Positions 61,201-64,000 of a stretch of 64,000 bases of DNA are shown one piece after another (positions within the stretch are counted from its first letter, which is position 1; every line of letters begins with the position of its first letter). This DNA comes from Hemiscyllium ocellatum. Lineage: Eukaryota. The stretch is from positions 16,292,789 through 16,356,788 of the forward strand of contig NC_083409.1 in assembly GCF_020745735.1 (NCBI RefSeq). Direction: 5' to 3'. The notes under the pieces are model-generated. The model saw nothing but the letters and a program-made list of their open reading frames with translations, ran no database searches and was not told the origin of the DNA. A program made the position numbers and the translations under genes.

Positions 61201-64000
61201 TGTCCAATGCTGGGAACATTTTTGACAAGACACCTTGTCGCCAGCTCGTTACTGCAACTTGATCCAGTTCATTCAGAAAGAGGAAAAGGACAATGTGCAG
61301 ATTGTTGAACAGGCCCCTACACCTGGGCCTGAGGCAGGAGCCCAAGCTCCAACACACTGGCCTCACTTCACACCAACCTTCACACAGTGCGGGGGCATGA
61401 ACTCCGGCCATCAATCCCTCAGGGACTGGGACGGAGTGAGGGAACAGGGGCAATTGTAGAAGAGTCAATAAGGAGTAAAGCAAGATGGAGAGGGTGTGTT
61501 GGAAAGTGTTTAATGGAGGAAACATACTTTGTGATACCCAATACTGACATAGTCTACGTGTAGGGGGAGAAAGTGAAGACTGCAGATGCTGGAGATCAGA
61601 GCTGAAAATGTGTTGCTGGAAAAGTGCAGCAGGTCAGGCAGCATCCAAGGAGCAGGAGAATCGATGTTTCGGGCATGAGCCATTATTCAGGAATCTACGT
61701 GTATCACAGAATGAAAAAAAAGCACAATCTGAAGACAATCTAAAGTCACATCAATGTATTTCTTTTTGATATATCATAGCATGCAGGGCATTTTCATTGT
61801 GGCATCCTGATTCGAGAGCTGTACTCTCTAAGATTGAGCCAGTTGGATCCTCGCAGAGCCCCAGTTATTTGTAATGTTCAGTAATGTGGGGGTACCGATG
61901 GTGGACTGGGGAACACCTGACGAAGGAGCAGTGCTTCGAAAACTTGTGATTTCAAATGAACCTGTTAAGCTAGAGCCTGTTGTTGTGTGCCTTCTGACTT
62001 TGTATTGTGCGGGCACAGTGATCCAGCTGCCTTCCAGTAACTATAGAGTACTTGCAATGCAGCTGAGGAGTATGGGTAATGACTCCTTCCATTAGCCCGT
62101 GAACAAACCCGCAGTCATTCCAGTGGATTCCAGTGGGAATGACCTGTCAGTTGCTTCCCAGATATTACATGGTTCACCATCGCCATCTCCAGGACAATTT
62201 GGGAAGGGCAACAAATAACCGACACGTCAACGCCCACCCCATACCAGGAGAAATCAAAATAAATGGCATATAATTCAAATGATCAAACTGGTGAAGCTTG
62301 AATTCATCTCTTTGAAAGACTGGAGCCTTGCCCAGAAACAGAGCCTTGAAATGGGTGAACCTGGTTTGTCAGACTGCAAGGTGGTGAATCTGGTTTGTCA
62401 GACTGCAAGGTGGAGTGTCCTTCGGATTAGCAGTGGGATCAGCAAAAAAAATCATACGCAGAGATCTAACAAACAGCCATCAAAGCATGCCCCCAAAGTG
62501 CAAAGATCAGTATTTGAAGCTCCACGTCTCCATCTCTATCCTTCCTTGTTGCCCTTCCTCACTGTCCTGCAGAGGGCGGTAGTGAGCCATGAGTTTCTCG
62601 AAGAGGATCTGACAGAGGGACAAGGCCATGTCCTCGGCCTGAGCACAACTGCCTGACCTGCTGTGCTTTTTCAGCACCACACTTTTCGACTCCGAGCACA
62701 ACTATCCCTCAGGAGAATGAGCTGTGGCACAAGAGGAAACGTGGGAGTGTTGGAAAGGCACCGGCAGCCTGGTCAGCCTGCAGAGGGGCAGAAACAGATT
62801 TGATGAATGAGCTGATATCCTTCCAAGCTGAGATGCAAACTCAGGCTTTCAGAGCCACACAGTTTACATTGTTACTGACCGTGGCTCCATGGACAATGTT
62901 CCTGCCTCATCGTCAAAATGGTCATCGGATTGAAAGCCACCTCAGAAATGAGAGAACAGAATCCAGGCCGAGACTGTGGTGCACTACTGAAAGTTGCACA
63001 GTCTCTGGCACCATCATTTGAGGCTCCACCACCACCACACCCCGACCACCCCCACCCCCACCTCAGGGGGCTCGACAAGATCCGATTCTGAAGAGATTCA
63101 CTCGGGAGTCCTGCTCAATATTCAACTAGTGCCAACAAAACAGATTTGTTTTGTCATTCGTTTACTGTCTGTGGGACGTCACCATCTTGTCCGTGAATGT
63201 GACTGCTCTATGCTCACAGCTTTGAATATTCTGAGATGATTAAAAAAAAACTGCACCAACAAGAGTTCTTTCCTCATTATCATGTAAAAGGAGAGCAATT
63301 AGCAAGTGATAATGCACACTGAGCGTAAACACTGAAGCTTCAGCTGAAAGGCTTTTTGCACCATGTTAACCTGCTCCTTGGGCATATCCTTCCAATGTCC
63401 GAGATGGTTATCAGGCTGGGATGGAGGCTGACAGATCACATGGAGTCCTTCAGGCAAGGTACACAAGGGCACAGTCCAGGCTTGTTGCAAATCTTGAAGG
63501 GCTGGGAGATTCTCTGTGGCAGTTTCTCGTGCACATCCTCCATGGAATTATCACAGATTTTACTGAAATGGAATTAACTCAGAGAGGGGAAGGAAATGGG
63601 AAGAATTAACCAGAGAAGGGTGAGCATCAAGAGAGGTGGGAGTGTGTGGAAAATTCAGTGCTATTAAAATTTCCAACTGGGTTTCACACGGAAAACTCAA
63701 ATCGTTACCAGGATATAACAGGGAGAATCCTCACTGACATAAACAGGCTGAGTGTCAGAAACCCTAAGCCTCCGGTGCCCGACTCTCTCTGAGGCATTAC
63801 AGTTCATGTGTCAATAAGGGAGACTTGGTGACATGGGGTTATATTATAATCAATGACCGGAGAGGCACAGATTAAAGATAAATGGCCAAATGTTAAGAGG
63901 GAAGATAAGGAAACACATTTTGACCCGGAGGGTGGTGACAGTCTGGGGCTCACTCCCTGTAAGGGTGGTTGGGGCAGAAACTCTCCCATAACATTGACGT

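Overview
Eukaryotic, repeat-rich DNA from a cartilaginous fish. HE1 V-SINEs and a nurse-shark NS4-type light chain point to an orectolobiform shark; this is inference. The only recognisable genes belong to two immunoglobulin kappa light-chain clusters lying head-to-head as a decayed inverted duplication. Cluster 2 (+) is complete in layout: promoter, leader 33676-33724, V 33911-34206 with 12-RSS, 23-RSS plus J 34679-34752, C 43321-43649 and polyA 44175. It is damaged: C23W, an in-frame TGA, a dead RSS heptamer, a GC donor at J and two compensating C-exon frameshifts. Cluster 1 (-) shows only C (1374-1701, 1-bp frameshift) and its 3'UTR. Paralogous sequence runs up to both edges of a 13-N assembly gap (2996-3008) where its leader, V and J should be. 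Most of the rest is nested CR1 and L2-type LINEs, HE1 and SacSINE-like SINEs, and Penelope-like elements with hammerhead-ribozyme cores. The strongest leads are: a ~250-bp non-coding block conserved in both clusters and packed with B-cell factor motifs (candidate shark Ig-kappa enhancer); near-identical C exons inside otherwise diverged duplicates (gene conversion); and short TSD-flanked hammerhead-bearing Penelope derivatives, one with its empty site preserved in the paralog. All alignments and identities are by eye and approximate.
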